From: an uncultured Gemmatimonadota bacterium
GTDB lineage: Bacteria; JAAXHH01
DNA length: 64,000 nt
NCBI GenBank assembly: GCA_951812955.1
Contig: OX638340.1
Coordinates: 2,912,001-2,976,000, forward strand
Reading direction: 5' to 3'
Shown here: one piece after another, positions 38,595 to 49,170 of the stretch
Numbering within the stretch: position 1 is the first letter of the stretch
How the letters are laid out: each line of letters begins with the position of its first letter
Position numbers and translations under genes: made by a program
The notes under the pieces: generated by a model
Database searches by the model: none
What the model saw: the letters and a program-made list of their open reading frames with translations, nothing else
What the model was told of the DNA's origin: nothing

Positions 38595-39938
38595 ATGCTC
38601 GACCTCTCCAGAAAACGCATCAACCGCACCATCCTAACCCTTGCGTGGCCGGCCATTCTGGAAAACCTGATGCACACGTCGGTCTATATCGTCGACAGCA
38701 TCTTCATCGGCTCCCTGGGCACGCTGGCCTTCGCCGCCGTCGGCCAGAGTTCCATGATCCTCTTTACCGTGGTTTTCGTGTTCTACGGGGTCGGGGTGGC
38801 CACGGGCGCCGTCGTGGCGAGGAACCTGGGCCGCAACGACAAGAAGACCGCCGCCGAAGCCGCCGGGCAGGGGATCATTCTGGGCACGACCATCGGGCTC
38901 ATGGTGGCATCGCTGGGGTTGATGTTCGGCGAGGACCTGATGGTGTTTCTGGGGACCGAGCCCGACGTCGTTGCGCGGGCCCAGGAGTACATGCCCATCG
39001 TCTTCGCCTTCAGCGTGCTGAGATTGTTCATCTACACCAGCAGCGGCATCCTGCGGGCGGCCGGCGACACCAAGACGCCCATGTGGATCACGGGCATCAT
39101 GAACATATACAACATTCTCGCAGACTGGGTGCTGATCTTCGGAATCGGACCCTTCCCGGAACTGGGCATTACCGGCGCGGCCCTGGCTACGGGTACGGCC
39201 TATGCGCTGGGCGCCGCTTTGCTGGTATTCAAGCTGTTTCGCCGTCACGCGAAATTCAGGCTGCAGGGCAGCGACCTGGGGCGGATCAGACCGGATCAAA
39301 TGCGGACCATCTTTCGGATCGCCGTACCGAATCTCGGGGAACAGATGGTCATGCAAAGCGCTTATTTCTCGTTCATGTGGATCGTGACCAGCCTGGGCAC
39401 GACGGCCCTGACCGCGCATTTCATGACCATACGGGTGGAGATGGTGTCCTTCATGCCCGTATTCGGGCTTTCCATGGCCGTGGCCACCGTGGTCGGTCAA
39501 AGCCTGGGGGCGGAACGCCCGGAGATCGCGGAGCTCGCCGTGAAGAAAGCCGCTCGAATCGGCCTGCTCGCCATGAGTGCGCTCGGTCTCGTCTTCGTCG
39601 CCGTACCCGGTCTGCTCGTAGGTATCTACAGTCCGTCGCCGGAAGTGTATGAACTGGCCGTGCTCTGCGTGCGTATCGCCGCCCTCGAATTGCCGACATC
39701 GGCCCTGCTGATGATCTACACCGGCGCCATGCGAGGCGCGGGAGACACCGTGAGCCCCATGCTGATCAGCATCTTCGGGGCGATCTTCCTGCGGATCGGC
39801 ATGATGTACGTGTTGGTGATCGAGCTGGGATTGGGATTGCCGGGGGTATGGTACGGTACGGCGCTTGACTGGGGCATCCGCCTGGTGATCGCCTGGTTCC
39901 TTTTCCGTAGGGGACGCTGGAAAAGGATCGCGATCTAG
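38595..39938 (+). CDS. MATE-family multidrug/oligosaccharidyl-lipid efflux transporter
   Basis: 12-TM two-fold repeat. N-terminal LTLAWPAILENLMHTSVYIVDSIFIG is typical of NorM/DinF MATE proteins. Confidence 0.8.
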   Translation: MLDLSRKRINRTILTLAWPAILENLMHTSVYIVDSIFIGSLGTLAFAAVGQSSMILFTVVFVFYGVGVATGAVVARNLGRNDKKTAAEAAGQGIILGTTIGLMVASLGLMFGEDLMVFLGTEPDVVARAQEYMPIVFAFSVLRLFIYTSSGILRAAGDTKTPMWITGIMNIYNILADWVLIFGIGPFPELGITGAALATGTAYALGAALLVFKLFRRHAKFRLQGSDLGRIRPDQMRTIFRIAVPNLGEQMVMQSAYFSFMWIVTSLGTTALTAHFMTIRVEMVSFMPVFGLSMAVATVVGQSLGAERPEIAELAVKKAARIGLLAMSALGLVFVAVPGLLVGIYSPSPEVYELAVLCVRIAALELPTSALLMIYTGAMRGAGDTVSPMLISIFGAIFLRIGMMYVLVIELGLGLPGVWYGTALDWGIRLVIAWFLFRRGRWKRIAI

Positions 39939-40068
39939 TGGGCAGATCCCTGCCCGTATACGGTTTGACAGCGAGCAAGCGGGCGACTACCATTAGATGC
40001 CCGCTTGCCTGTCAACTAGATGTCCGATTGCCTGTCGACGCATGGCGTTTCCGGGAGATTCGTATCAA

Positions 40069-40512
40069 ATGAGAGTCGTATTACAGCGCGTCTCGAGCGC
40101 TTCGGTCACGATCGATGGCGCCGTAACCGGAGAAATCGGTCCCGGTCTCGTGCTGCTCCTCGGCATTGCCAGGGATGATGGGCCGGAGGACGTGGAGTAC
40201 GTCGTAAGCAAGTGTGTCGGACTGAGGATCTTCGGAGACGATCAGGGAAAGATGAATCGATCCCTGTTAGACGCGGGGGGCGAGGTACTGGCGATTTCGC
40301 AGTTTACTTTGTTCGGTGATACCCGCAAGGGTCGCAGGCCCAGTTTCGATGGCGCCGCGCCTCCGGAACACGCCGAACCGCTGTACGAACTGGCCGTTGA
40401 ACGCCTCAGGGAACATGGCCTACGGGTCGCTACCGGCCGTTTCGGCGCCTACATGGAAGTGTCGCTGGTCAACGACGGACCCGTGACCTTAACCGTCGAG
40501 TCCCGCCGATGA
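40069..40512 (+). CDS. dtd: D-aminoacyl-tRNA deacylase
   Basis: [13 protein letters not shown]...ISQFTLFGD...SFDGAAPPE...NDGPVT conserved Dtd motifs. The track ORF starts earlier at 39997. Confidence 0.8.
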   Translation: MRVVLQRVSSASVTIDGAVTGEIGPGLVLLLGIARDDGPEDVEYVVSKCVGLRIFGDDQGKMNRSLLDAGGEVLAISQFTLFGDTRKGRRPSFDGAAPPEHAEPLYELAVERLREHGLRVATGRFGAYMEVSLVNDGPVTLTVESRR

Positions 40513-41108
40513 AGCAGATCGTCCTGGCCTCCTCCTCACCCAGGCGGTCCGCCCTGCTCAGGCAGATTGGGATGACTTTCGAAGTGGTGCCGCCGGATGT
40601 CGACGAATCCCGGTTTTCCTTTGACGACGACCCTCCTGGCACGGTGGAAAGACTTGCCCTGGAGAAGGCTCGCAGCACGGCCCGCAGGGTCGACGCCCGT
40701 GGCCGCCTGGTGCTTGGCGCGGACACGGTGGTCCTATTCGAAGGCCAGGTGCTCGGAAAGCCGGTGGACGCGGATGATGCGTTCAGCATGCTGGGCAGGC
40801 TGACCGGCCGCACCCACCGGGTCCTGACCGGGTTTGCCCTGCTCGAGCCCGAAACGACGCGTTCCGTGACGGCGCACGAGTGGACGACCGTCTACATGCG
40901 TGACTGCACCCACCAGGATATTCGCGCATACGTGGATACCGGCGAGCCCCTGGACAAAGCGGGTTCCTATGGCGCCAACGCGCTGGGCGCCGGACTGATT
41001 ACCCGGGTCGAAGGCTGTTTCTATAACGTGATCGGCCTTCCCCTTTCCCGGCTGCTGATTGCGCTTGAAACCTTCGACGGCGCCGCGGCCGGCCGAAGGA
41101 CGGAATAA
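40509..41108 (+). CDS. maf: Maf-family nucleoside triphosphate pyrophosphatase
   Basis: [14 protein letters not shown] and GADTVV motifs. Overlaps the dtd stop (ATGA). Confidence 0.75.
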   Translation: MKQIVLASSSPRRSALLRQIGMTFEVVPPDVDESRFSFDDDPPGTVERLALEKARSTARRVDARGRLVLGADTVVLFEGQVLGKPVDADDAFSMLGRLTGRTHRVLTGFALLEPETTRSVTAHEWTTVYMRDCTHQDIRAYVDTGEPLDKAGSYGANALGAGLITRVEGCFYNVIGLPLSRLLIALETFDGAAAGRRTE

Positions 41109-41116
41109 CCTCGCCC

Positions 41117-41635
41117 ATGGCCGATTTCCGAGGACATGTATGGGGAGGCCTGGTAGCCACGCTCCTTTCTCTGGCGCTCTGTGTCGCCGGACTGTGGTGG
41201 ACGGAACTTCTCGGTCCCTACCTGACCCTGGAAGTTTGGCCCAGGGTGCTTCTGCTGCTTTCGATCGGATTGTTGTCGGCCTGTTTTCCGGACGTGGATA
41301 CCGAGAGCAAATCGCAGCGGCTGTTCTACCGTCTGTTGATTCTGCTCGATATCTGGTTTATCTTGATCGGGGACTACCGGACAGCGGCCCTGCTGGGTCT
41401 CGGCGCCATGCTTCCGCTGCTCGGCAAGCACAGGGGGTGGACCCATACCTGGCTGGCCATGTTGCTGGTGCCCGCGCTGTTCCTGCTCGTCCCCATGTAT
41501 CTGAGAGGAACTGTTGAGTCCTTTCCGATAGTCTGTTACGTTGTATCGGTTTCGGCCTATGCCAGCCACCTGGTGCTCGATGGATATATCGAACACACGG
41601 GCAGGCGTATCCGCCGCCTGGTCGGGGCAAACTGA
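41117..41635 (+). CDS. Membrane-bound metal-dependent hydrolase-like protein (YdjM/DUF457-like)
   Basis: Four-five TM helices with conserved His (FRGH, GWTHTW, SHLVLD). Confidence 0.35.
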   Translation: MADFRGHVWGGLVATLLSLALCVAGLWWTELLGPYLTLEVWPRVLLLLSIGLLSACFPDVDTESKSQRLFYRLLILLDIWFILIGDYRTAALLGLGAMLPLLGKHRGWTHTWLAMLLVPALFLLVPMYLRGTVESFPIVCYVVSVSAYASHLVLDGYIEHTGRRIRRLVGAN

Positions 41636-41664
41636 ACTGCGGTTGAAGTCATCCTGGAGGAATC

Positions 41665-41958
41665 ATGAAAAGCGCACTGGAAATCGCCATGGAAAAGACC
41701 GCCGGCGCACAGGAAGGCGGCAAGTTGACGGACGAGCAACGTACCGGGATCGCCGACCTGGAAAAGGAATACCAGGCCAAGATCGCGGAACAGGAGATCA
41801 TGAACGAATCGAAAATCAAGGCGTTGGCGGTTCAGACGCAGGGTCCCGAGTTTCAGGAGCAGGTACACGCCCTGCGGGAACAGTTGGTCCAGGAGCGGGA
41901 ACGTCTGGAAGAGGAAAAGAAGGCGAAAATACAGGCGGTTCGCGACCAGGCCTCCTAG
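41665..41958 (+). CDS. Small charged coiled-coil protein of unknown function
   Basis: 97 aa, Glu/Lys/Gln-rich heptads. GGAGG RBS. Confidence 0.3.
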   Translation: MKSALEIAMEKTAGAQEGGKLTDEQRTGIADLEKEYQAKIAEQEIMNESKIKALAVQTQGPEFQEQVHALREQLVQERERLEEEKKAKIQAVRDQAS

Positions 41959-42018
41959 GATTACCTCTCCCGGTACCGGGTGTTCTACGCACTCAACATG
42001 CGCATCGGAGAATTTGAC

Positions 42019-43011
42019 ATGGCAAAAAAGCGTTTGCGCATCGCCTTGATCGGATGCGGAGGCAATATGCGGGGCGCCCACGTGCCGCGCATCCAGGCCG
42101 ACGGCGGCGTCGAGCTTGCCGCGGTCGCGGATACTTCGGAAGAAGCCGCCCTGGCATTGCTGGACAGGTGGGGCAGCCCGGTGCCCTGCTACGCCGATTA
42201 CCGGGAGATGATCCAGGATCAAAAAATCGACGCGGTGATGGTCAGTTCGCCTCACGCCTTGCATTACGAGCAGGTGGACTACGCCCTGGATCAGAATCTG
42301 CACGCCCTCGTCGAGAAGCCGCTCACCATTTCATCGCGGCATACGCGCGCTCTAATCAAGAAAGCGAAGGAAGAGAACCGGATTCTCATGGTCAGCTACC
42401 AGCGCAATTTCATGGCGCCGCATGCCTACGCACGGGAGTTGATTCGAAAGGGCACGATCGGCGAAGTGCGCGGCGTCGTAGCCTACGTCACGCAGAACTG
42501 GGGCGGTACCCGCGGATGGAGACTGGACCCGGCCCTGTCCGGCGGCGGCATGTTTCTCGATACGGGCAGTCATCTCGTGGCTTCCACGCTGTGGATTACG
42601 GATCTCAAACCTCTTGAGGTGAGCGCTTTCCTGGATCTGGCGGGCAGGGACGTGGATATCAACATGGTCGTGGCGGTTCGGTTCGAGGGCGGCGCGTACG
42701 GCACGCTGAACACCTTTGGAAACGCTTCCCGGCATGACGAACGCATCGCGATCCATGGCAGCGAAGGCAGCCTGGTGTTCCACCTGCACCAGTGGCGCGT
42801 CCAATCGGTGCTCTTGAACGACCAGCCCCTGAGCATACCCAAAAGGATCCGGGAGGATACGCCGGACGCGGCGTTCTTTCGCACGATTCGAAACGGCGGG
42901 AAGGGATATGAACTCCCGCACTTCGCGCTCGCCGTATCCCAGGTCAGCGAGGCGGCATACCGTTCGGTGGAGGAAGGAAAGCCCGCCCAGGTCGCGGGAC
43001 GGACCGCCTGA
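42019..43011 (+). CDS. Gfo/Idh/MocA-family oxidoreductase
   Basis: LRIALIGCGGNMRGAHVP N-terminus and EKPL motif. Confidence 0.7.
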   Translation: MAKKRLRIALIGCGGNMRGAHVPRIQADGGVELAAVADTSEEAALALLDRWGSPVPCYADYREMIQDQKIDAVMVSSPHALHYEQVDYALDQNLHALVEKPLTISSRHTRALIKKAKEENRILMVSYQRNFMAPHAYARELIRKGTIGEVRGVVAYVTQNWGGTRGWRLDPALSGGGMFLDTGSHLVASTLWITDLKPLEVSAFLDLAGRDVDINMVVAVRFEGGAYGTLNTFGNASRHDERIAIHGSEGSLVFHLHQWRVQSVLLNDQPLSIPKRIREDTPDAAFFRTIRNGGKGYELPHFALAVSQVSEAAYRSVEEGKPAQVAGRTA

Positions 43012-43033
43012 GCAACGGAACCAGGAGAATCCC

Positions 43034-43825
43034 ATGAGCGAAAAGGGACGGTTGGCCGGCAAGAAGGCGGTCGTCACCGGAGCGGGACGTGGCATCGGCC
43101 AGGCCATCGCGCTGAGACTCGCACAGGAAGGCGCCCATGTCGCCGCCGTGGACATCGACCGCGACAGCGCGGAAGCGACGGCCGGCCTGATCCGGGACGG
43201 CGGAGGCGCCGCCGCAGCGTTGACGGTTGACCTGGTCCGCGTCGACCTCATCGAACCCATGATCGAAGAAGCCGTATCGACGTTGGGCAGGCTGGATATC
43301 CTGGTCAACAACGCGGGAAGGGTGGAGATCAAACCGTTTCTCGACGTAACCGAAACGGAATGGGACCAGATCATGGATCTCAATCTGAAAGGGACGTATT
43401 TCTGCATGCAGGCGGGGGCCCGCAGGATGATCCGGCAGGGGGACGGCGGTCGCATCATCAACATGTCCTCCATTTCGGGCAGGCACGGCCGGGCCGATTC
43501 GAGCGTGTACGCAGCCAGCAAGATGGGGATCATCAGCATCACGCAGTCCGCCGCGCTTGCCTTCGCGGATCACGGGATCCTGGTCAACGCACTGTGCCCG
43601 GGCGTCGTGGCCACGCCCATGTGGGACCACATCGACGAGGACCGTGCCCGCCTGTTCGGCTACGAGCGGGGAACGGCCCGTGCGCGGCTCGTGGAGAAGA
43701 TTCCCCTCAAACGAGTCGCCCAGACCGAGGAGATTGCCGCCGCGGCTGTCTTCATCGCTTCCGATGAAAACACGCTGATTACCGGTCAGGCGATTAATGT
43801 AGACGGCGGCATGGAAATGAACTGA
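43034..43825 (+). CDS. SDR-family oxidoreductase (3-oxoacyl-ACP reductase/glucose dehydrogenase-like)
   Basis: AVVTGAGRGIGQAIA, NNAG and YAASKMG motifs. The track ORF begins earlier at 42908. Confidence 0.75.
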   Translation: MSEKGRLAGKKAVVTGAGRGIGQAIALRLAQEGAHVAAVDIDRDSAEATAGLIRDGGGAAAALTVDLVRVDLIEPMIEEAVSTLGRLDILVNNAGRVEIKPFLDVTETEWDQIMDLNLKGTYFCMQAGARRMIRQGDGGRIINMSSISGRHGRADSSVYAASKMGIISITQSAALAFADHGILVNALCPGVVATPMWDHIDEDRARLFGYERGTARARLVEKIPLKRVAQTEEIAAAAVFIASDENTLITGQAINVDGGMEMN

Positions 43826-43878
43826 ATCCACGGGTGGCGCGTTAGAGCAAACCCAGACGCGGCCGTTCGGGATTGACC

Positions 43879-43907
43879 TTGACAGTGCTGAGCGTCCGCC
43901 GTATACT
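43879..43907 (+). promoter_or_regulatory. Consensus sigma70-type promoter (TTGACA-17-TATACT) upstream of kptA
   Basis: TTGACA at 43879-43884, 17-nt spacer, TATACT at 43902-43907. Confidence 0.5.
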
Positions 43908-43976
43908 CGGTAGGTTCCAGATCTAAAGGCTGATCCCACCACTTCGTACTGGCCAGGCACAGGAAAGACACTATCA

Positions 43977-44579
43977 ATGGATCCAATAAGACGCGAGAGA
44001 CTTTCCAAGCTCCTTTCCCTGATACTCCGGCATAAACCCGAAAGATTCTCCATATCCCTCGATGAAAGGGGATTCGCACTGATCGACGACATCGTCGAGG
44101 CCATCCAGGAGAAGTTCGATCATCTGTCGACGGATGAAATCCTTGAGATAGCCGACGGCGCCGAGAAGAGAAGGTTCGAAGTGGACGGGGACCGCATACG
44201 GGCGCGGTACGGACACAGTTTCCCCATCGATCTGGGGCTGCCTCCCGCGGACCCGCCCGAGTTTCTCTACTACGCGACGGTACCCGCGCGGGCCTCGGTC
44301 ATAACCAATGGCGGCCTGTCCCCGAGCGACCGCCAGTATGTCCATCTTTCCCTGTCCGAAGAAATCGCGACGCAGGTAGCCATGAACCAGACGGATTCGC
44401 CGGTTGTTTTCCGCATCAACGCCCGGCAGGCAACCGAGGCCGGCGTGAACTTCTACGATCGCTCGCCAGTCATCCTGACGTCGGGCGTGCCCTCGGAGTT
44501 TATCGACGTGCTGAAGGAAGCGGCGCCTCCTCCCGCCGTATTTGGCCGCCGCAGGCGGAAGGCTCCTCCGCGCAGATAG
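43977..44579 (+). CDS. kptA: RNA 2'-phosphotransferase (Tpt1/KptA family)
   Basis: LSKLLSLILRHKPERFSISLDERGF, ARYGHS and HLS motifs. Confidence 0.7.
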   Translation: MDPIRRERLSKLLSLILRHKPERFSISLDERGFALIDDIVEAIQEKFDHLSTDEILEIADGAEKRRFEVDGDRIRARYGHSFPIDLGLPPADPPEFLYYATVPARASVITNGGLSPSDRQYVHLSLSEEIATQVAMNQTDSPVVFRINARQATEAGVNFYDRSPVILTSGVPSEFIDVLKEAAPPPAVFGRRRRKAPPRR

Positions 44580-44580
44580 C

Positions 44581-45696
44581 ATGCGCCGCCTCGTCCTCCC
44601 CTTACTGGGCCTGCTGCTTGCGATTAGCCTGCTATTGTTCGACCTGACCATCCTGTGGTCGGGCCGCACCGCCATACGTCCCGTGATGCAGAAAGGCGTC
44701 GCCCTGGGGGTATTCAAAGCCTCCAAGGGAATGTCCTACTACCAGTCCTCCCTGGAAGACATCGCGGCCCTGGGCGCATCCCACCTTTCCGTACCTGTTT
44801 TCATCCTGCAGGATTCCGTAGATTCCGTCACCCATTTCTCCCGCCCGTCGGACGGCGCCACGCGGGAACAGCACGAACGCGTCGTCCGGGAAGTCATCGA
44901 CTACGCCCACCGGATGGGCTTGAAGGTCCTGCTCACGCCCATCGTCAACCTGGATCGCCCCGGCAAGAATGAATGGCGCGGGACCATAGCTCCGCGAGAC
45001 GTAGACGCATGGTTTGAGAGTTACCGGGGTCAGATCCGTCATTACGCCCTGCTGGCGGCGGAAATGGACGTTGAGTATCTGAGCGTCGGTACCGAACTCG
45101 TATCGACCGAAAGGTTCACCGGGCAGTGGCGGGAGATCATCGCCGAGGTGCGTGGGGTCTTTCCGGGACAACTCACCTATTCCGCGAACTGGGACCGGAT
45201 CGACCAGGTCGCCTTCTGGGACGAACTCGACTACGTGGGGATATCGGCGTACTACGAGTTGTCGGAATCTGAGGACCCCACCGTGGAAGAACTGGTCTCC
45301 GCGTGGAGCCCGGTCAAGGCGGGGTTGTTGCGCTGGCAGGCCCGGTGGAACAAACCCCTGCTGTTCACCGAGATCGGTTACATGAGCCAGTCCGGGGTCG
45401 CCGGCCATCCCTGGAACTATGTGTCGGAGGCCCCCCTCGACCTGGAGGCTCAGCGGATATGCTACGAGGCGCTGCGGCTGGCCTGGGAAGGGGAGGAACG
45501 GTTTGCAGGCCTGTACCTGTGGATATGGGAACCGGACAAACGGGGTGAATTGGACCGGGGTTACAATTTCGCGGGGAAACCCGCGGAAACCGTCGTGCGC
45601 GACTGGTTCCACAGCCTGCCGGACAATGCCAACGTCCTCGATTACGCCGTCAACGGCATGGAGAGGTTTCTGCGTTCCCTGCGAACGGGACTGTGA
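44581..45696 (+). CDS. Secreted putative glycoside hydrolase (clan GH-A TIM-barrel-like)
   Basis: Signal peptide. EYLSVGTEL and LLFTEIGYMS look like acid/base and nucleophile Glu of clan GH-A. Family unassigned. Confidence 0.35.
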   Translation: MRRLVLPLLGLLLAISLLLFDLTILWSGRTAIRPVMQKGVALGVFKASKGMSYYQSSLEDIAALGASHLSVPVFILQDSVDSVTHFSRPSDGATREQHERVVREVIDYAHRMGLKVLLTPIVNLDRPGKNEWRGTIAPRDVDAWFESYRGQIRHYALLAAEMDVEYLSVGTELVSTERFTGQWREIIAEVRGVFPGQLTYSANWDRIDQVAFWDELDYVGISAYYELSESEDPTVEELVSAWSPVKAGLLRWQARWNKPLLFTEIGYMSQSGVAGHPWNYVSEAPLDLEAQRICYEALRLAWEGEERFAGLYLWIWEPDKRGELDRGYNFAGKPAETVVRDWFHSLPDNANVLDYAVNGMERFLRSLRTGL

Positions 45697-45758
45697 GGTA
45701 ACCGGCGCGCGCCGCTCTCGGACCGCCGCTCTCGGGACGCCTGGCCAGCCTGGACCGT

Positions 45759-47687
45759 CTAAACGGACACCGGCGCCTCGTGACCACCGTAGCCGAGTGC
45801 TTTCACGTCCCGATGCAGCCGATCGAGCACCCTGGTCCGTACCTCTTCGAACATCTCCCGGGTCAGGAAACTCACGCCGGGCAGGTCGCCCTTGGGCTGA
45901 CCCACGAAAACGTCGGACGGCAGATCGTATTCGGACTCCGTGATCCCCTGTTTCTGTTCGAGGGAAAACCCCAGGATGTGGGCCCGGTAGGTGGCGTCCA
46001 GCACCCGCTCGGCTGAGAAGGGCACGCCGAAAACGGACTCGATGCCTTCGCTGACCTGGTCCGGCGGGGCCATGGTGAACAAACATCCGCCATGCAGGTC
46101 CTTGTTGACCATCTTCCACCCTTCCTCGGTGATGTTGTGGACCCAGTAGTCCGCCGAATCGGGCTTGCAGTCCGGGTCCATCACGTATAGCAGGAAGGTG
46201 CGCATGGACATGTGGCCGCCGGCCACGGCGAAGGGGTAGCCCGGATTGGTCTGTCCCAGATAGGCGGAGAACTCGACCCCTTTGGCATGCATCGCGAAGC
46301 CCTCGCCACCGATCTCTTCGGCAATCACCCGGACACCCTTTCCGAATAGGGGTTCGCGGCCATAGGCGATATCCTCTTTAAGTCGGCGCGCACCTTCCGC
46401 GTCCCCGAAGGTTACGCCGCCCGCAACGGTGCCGTTACCACGGGAATTGTAGTCCATCAGGAAGGAGAGCACGACGTTGGCCGATATGGTATCGAACCCC
46501 AGGTCGTCGTCCAGCCGGGCGAGTTCCAGGTTGTCATGTGGATCCAGGATGCCGAGGTTGGCGCCGGACAGTTCCATGGGCTCGAACTCGAACCGGCCGA
46601 GGTAATCTCCATGGTTCCTCCGGGCCTTGCGCCAATCGGGATCCTTGCCGCCTTCCGGGATGTCGTAGAAGTCCTGGTGGCACGTTATCTGGCAGCCGTA
46701 GCAGCTCTTGTCGATGACGATGAAATCGTCCGATTCCCGCATGGTTTCCAGGTGTACCGGAACGGCCACGTTCTCGCCGGGCGGTTCGAAGTTCCGGTAG
46801 GGCAGCACGCCGAATCCATCGAGGATCTTGCTGTTCTTGCCCGTTCCGCCCAGTCCGTTCCGGTTGTGTGGATGGCGGTAACCCCGGCTCTGCTCGCCCC
46901 GCCCGATCTCGTTGTTGATGACCTTGAGCCGGTCGTCGCCCTTTCGGTAATAGTCCGTTTCCGACCTGGCCACAATGCCGATGATGTTCTTGGAACCGAG
47001 CACCGAGCCCATGCCGAGCCGGCCCGCGAACCGCCACTTGTCTTCCCCGCTCATCAACTGTTCCTGCGTCGATCCGACAATGGCCGCGTACCAGACCGTT
47101 TTCCAGTTTTCACCGGCCGGTCCGACGACGGCGAAATGGGCGTGGTATTCCTTGTCTTCATCGTTGTACTGCTCATCCAGATAGACCATCTTGTCCCGTA
47201 CCCGCGCGCCGACAAGATGTGCCGGGGCTTCGATCAGGGAAATATAGGGGCCGTCACTGGTCTGCTTTATAACCAGGAAGCTGGGACGATCCGCGCGGCC
47301 GGTGAGTATCAGGTCGCCGATGCCGGTATAGGAGAACTTGCGTCCGAAACTCCCGCTCATGGCCGACCAGACGGGCATGGGCTTTCCCGCCCGGGTACGT
47401 TTCAACGGGGAAAAACCCGAGAAATACGCCCGCAGCCCGGTCATGAACTGCGTGCCGGTGAAGCAGCCGGTGTTGATGACCAGCGGGGCATCCGGCGCGA
47501 AGGGATCGCTCACTTCATAGCCCGAGAGGATCTTGAACGACCGGCCGATGCCCCCGAGGAAGTCCATGTCGTCCTTGACCCGAAGGTCGTCGCTTCGGAC
47601 CTCGCGACCGGCGGACAGGTCGTATTCGATGCGGGTGTAGGTATAGTCGGTCACGTCTCCCGGCGTGCCGTTTCCAGGTTTCAGCAC
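45759..47687 (-). CDS. Aldehyde:ferredoxin oxidoreductase (AOR)-family tungsto/molybdopterin enzyme
   Basis: The N-terminal domain pattern aligns with AOR N-domain. Cys cluster ...SCYGCQITCHQ. 642 aa. Confidence 0.55.
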   Translation of the reverse strand: MLKPGNGTPGDVTDYTYTRIEYDLSAGREVRSDDLRVKDDMDFLGGIGRSFKILSGYEVSDPFAPDAPLVINTGCFTGTQFMTGLRAYFSGFSPLKRTRAGKPMPVWSAMSGSFGRKFSYTGIGDLILTGRADRPSFLVIKQTSDGPYISLIEAPAHLVGARVRDKMVYLDEQYNDEDKEYHAHFAVVGPAGENWKTVWYAAIVGSTQEQLMSGEDKWRFAGRLGMGSVLGSKNIIGIVARSETDYYRKGDDRLKVINNEIGRGEQSRGYRHPHNRNGLGGTGKNSKILDGFGVLPYRNFEPPGENVAVPVHLETMRESDDFIVIDKSCYGCQITCHQDFYDIPEGGKDPDWRKARRNHGDYLGRFEFEPMELSGANLGILDPHDNLELARLDDDLGFDTISANVVLSFLMDYNSRGNGTVAGGVTFGDAEGARRLKEDIAYGREPLFGKGVRVIAEEIGGEGFAMHAKGVEFSAYLGQTNPGYPFAVAGGHMSMRTFLLYVMDPDCKPDSADYWVHNITEEGWKMVNKDLHGGCLFTMAPPDQVSEGIESVFGVPFSAERVLDATYRAHILGFSLEQKQGITESEYDLPSDVFVGQPKGDLPGVSFLTREMFEEVRTRVLDRLHRDVKALGYGGHEAPVSV

Positions 47688-47987
47688 GATATCCCCCTCG
47701 CTGTTGTACGGGTATCTGTTAACATCGTCATCGTTTTGGTATTCAAACGGGACCGCGCTGCATCACCACGCGGTCACGTATAATATATCAGGATTACGCA
47801 TACGAAAACAGCAATAATCCCTGCGGGGCAATGGGCGGTTGACAATTCCCCTGTATTTCATTAAAAATAACTGAAATCCACCACCAGGAACCATACGCAG
47901 GCGTGATTCACGAAATACGCGGATAACTCGACACCCCGACCGCGCCAACCACACACCACTTCGAGCTACGCCAAGCCGAGGACATCG

Positions 47988-48911
47988 ATGACAGACCTTT
48001 CCCAGCAGACCGAACCCGCGATCGAGGTCCCCCGGATCGTGGACGATGAACAGATCCAGTTCTACGTGGATAACGGGTATCTCGTCGTGCCCGACTTGAT
48101 GACCGGCGACGAACTGCAGGAACTGAAGGACGACCTGGTCGACGTGGCCCGGGGAAAGTATCCCTGCAGGGGGCTTGACCCGCCGGCGCCCGATGACACC
48201 GACGACGACGTGTTGCAGCGCATCCTGTGTATCCACCAGCCCCACTTCGTCAGCCAGGTGATCGAGCAGTACGTGCGCCATCCGAAGATCTGCGGGGTGC
48301 TGAGCCAGATTACCGCGGCCCATCTGCCCTACTGGGACGGGAGCGTAAAGTGCATGCAGTCCATGTACTTCATCAAGCCGCCCCGGTTCCAGGGCCAGGC
48401 CTGGCACCAGGACGAGATCTTCATCCCCACGCGGGACCGGTCCCTGATCGGCGCGTGGATCGCCGTGGACGACGCCACGATCGAGAACGGTTGCCTGTAT
48501 GTCGTGCCCGGTTCACACCGGAACGGTTATCTCTATCCGCAGCGGCAGCACGAGAACCCCGACGAGTTCGACTTTGCGCCCGAGAGCTACGGATTCGACG
48601 AGTCCGTGGAAGTGCCGGTCGAAGTCCGCGCCGGAGCCCTGGTCTTCTTCAACGGCTATCTCCTGCATCGGTCCTACAAGAACCGCAGCGATCAGCCCCG
48701 CCGCGTGCTGGTGAACCACTACTGCAACGCGTGGAGCCTGCTGCCCTGGGGCATCGAAGAGGGCGAGCGTCCCGCCACGGCCGACCGTCGCACGATCGTT
48801 CCGGTTTCCGGCACCGACCCCTACGCCTGGAAGGGCTACGAACCCACGCAGGACACGATCTGGATACGCAACTGCAAGGCGGCGGATGATATGAAGGAGG
48901 AGGCGGAGTAG
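47988..48911 (+). CDS. PhyH-family Fe(II)/2-oxoglutarate dioxygenase
   Basis: FYVDNGYLVVPDL N-terminus, WHQDEIF HxD motif, GSHRNGY. Confidence 0.65.
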   Translation: MTDLSQQTEPAIEVPRIVDDEQIQFYVDNGYLVVPDLMTGDELQELKDDLVDVARGKYPCRGLDPPAPDDTDDDVLQRILCIHQPHFVSQVIEQYVRHPKICGVLSQITAAHLPYWDGSVKCMQSMYFIKPPRFQGQAWHQDEIFIPTRDRSLIGAWIAVDDATIENGCLYVVPGSHRNGYLYPQRQHENPDEFDFAPESYGFDESVEVPVEVRAGALVFFNGYLLHRSYKNRSDQPRRVLVNHYCNAWSLLPWGIEEGERPATADRRTIVPVSGTDPYAWKGYEPTQDTIWIRNCKAADDMKEEAE

Positions 48912-49170
48912 ACGGGGCCCGGCGAGAGATAGCTATTATCAAACTCGCACCGGGTAACGTCGTCGATTGCGAACCTGTAGACTTTAAGGGCGCCGTCGTT
49001 CGGCGTACTTTTGACCAGCGTCCTCTCAACCGGTGTTCTTTCGGCCGGCGTCCTCGTATTCTCCTCTAACCCAGCCTGCGTGTCCATCCTGATCAGCCCG
49101 CAAATCCGTTGACGTAACGGCCTCTTCCCCTTAGCTTCCGCTTTGCTTGTAATACCTAAACGCCTTATCA

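Noticed and set aside
42352-43542. Minus-strand 396-aa ORF 42352..43542 and 42944..44104
   Set aside because: Antisense to well-supported Gfo/Idh/MocA, SDR and kptA genes, with low-complexity translations.
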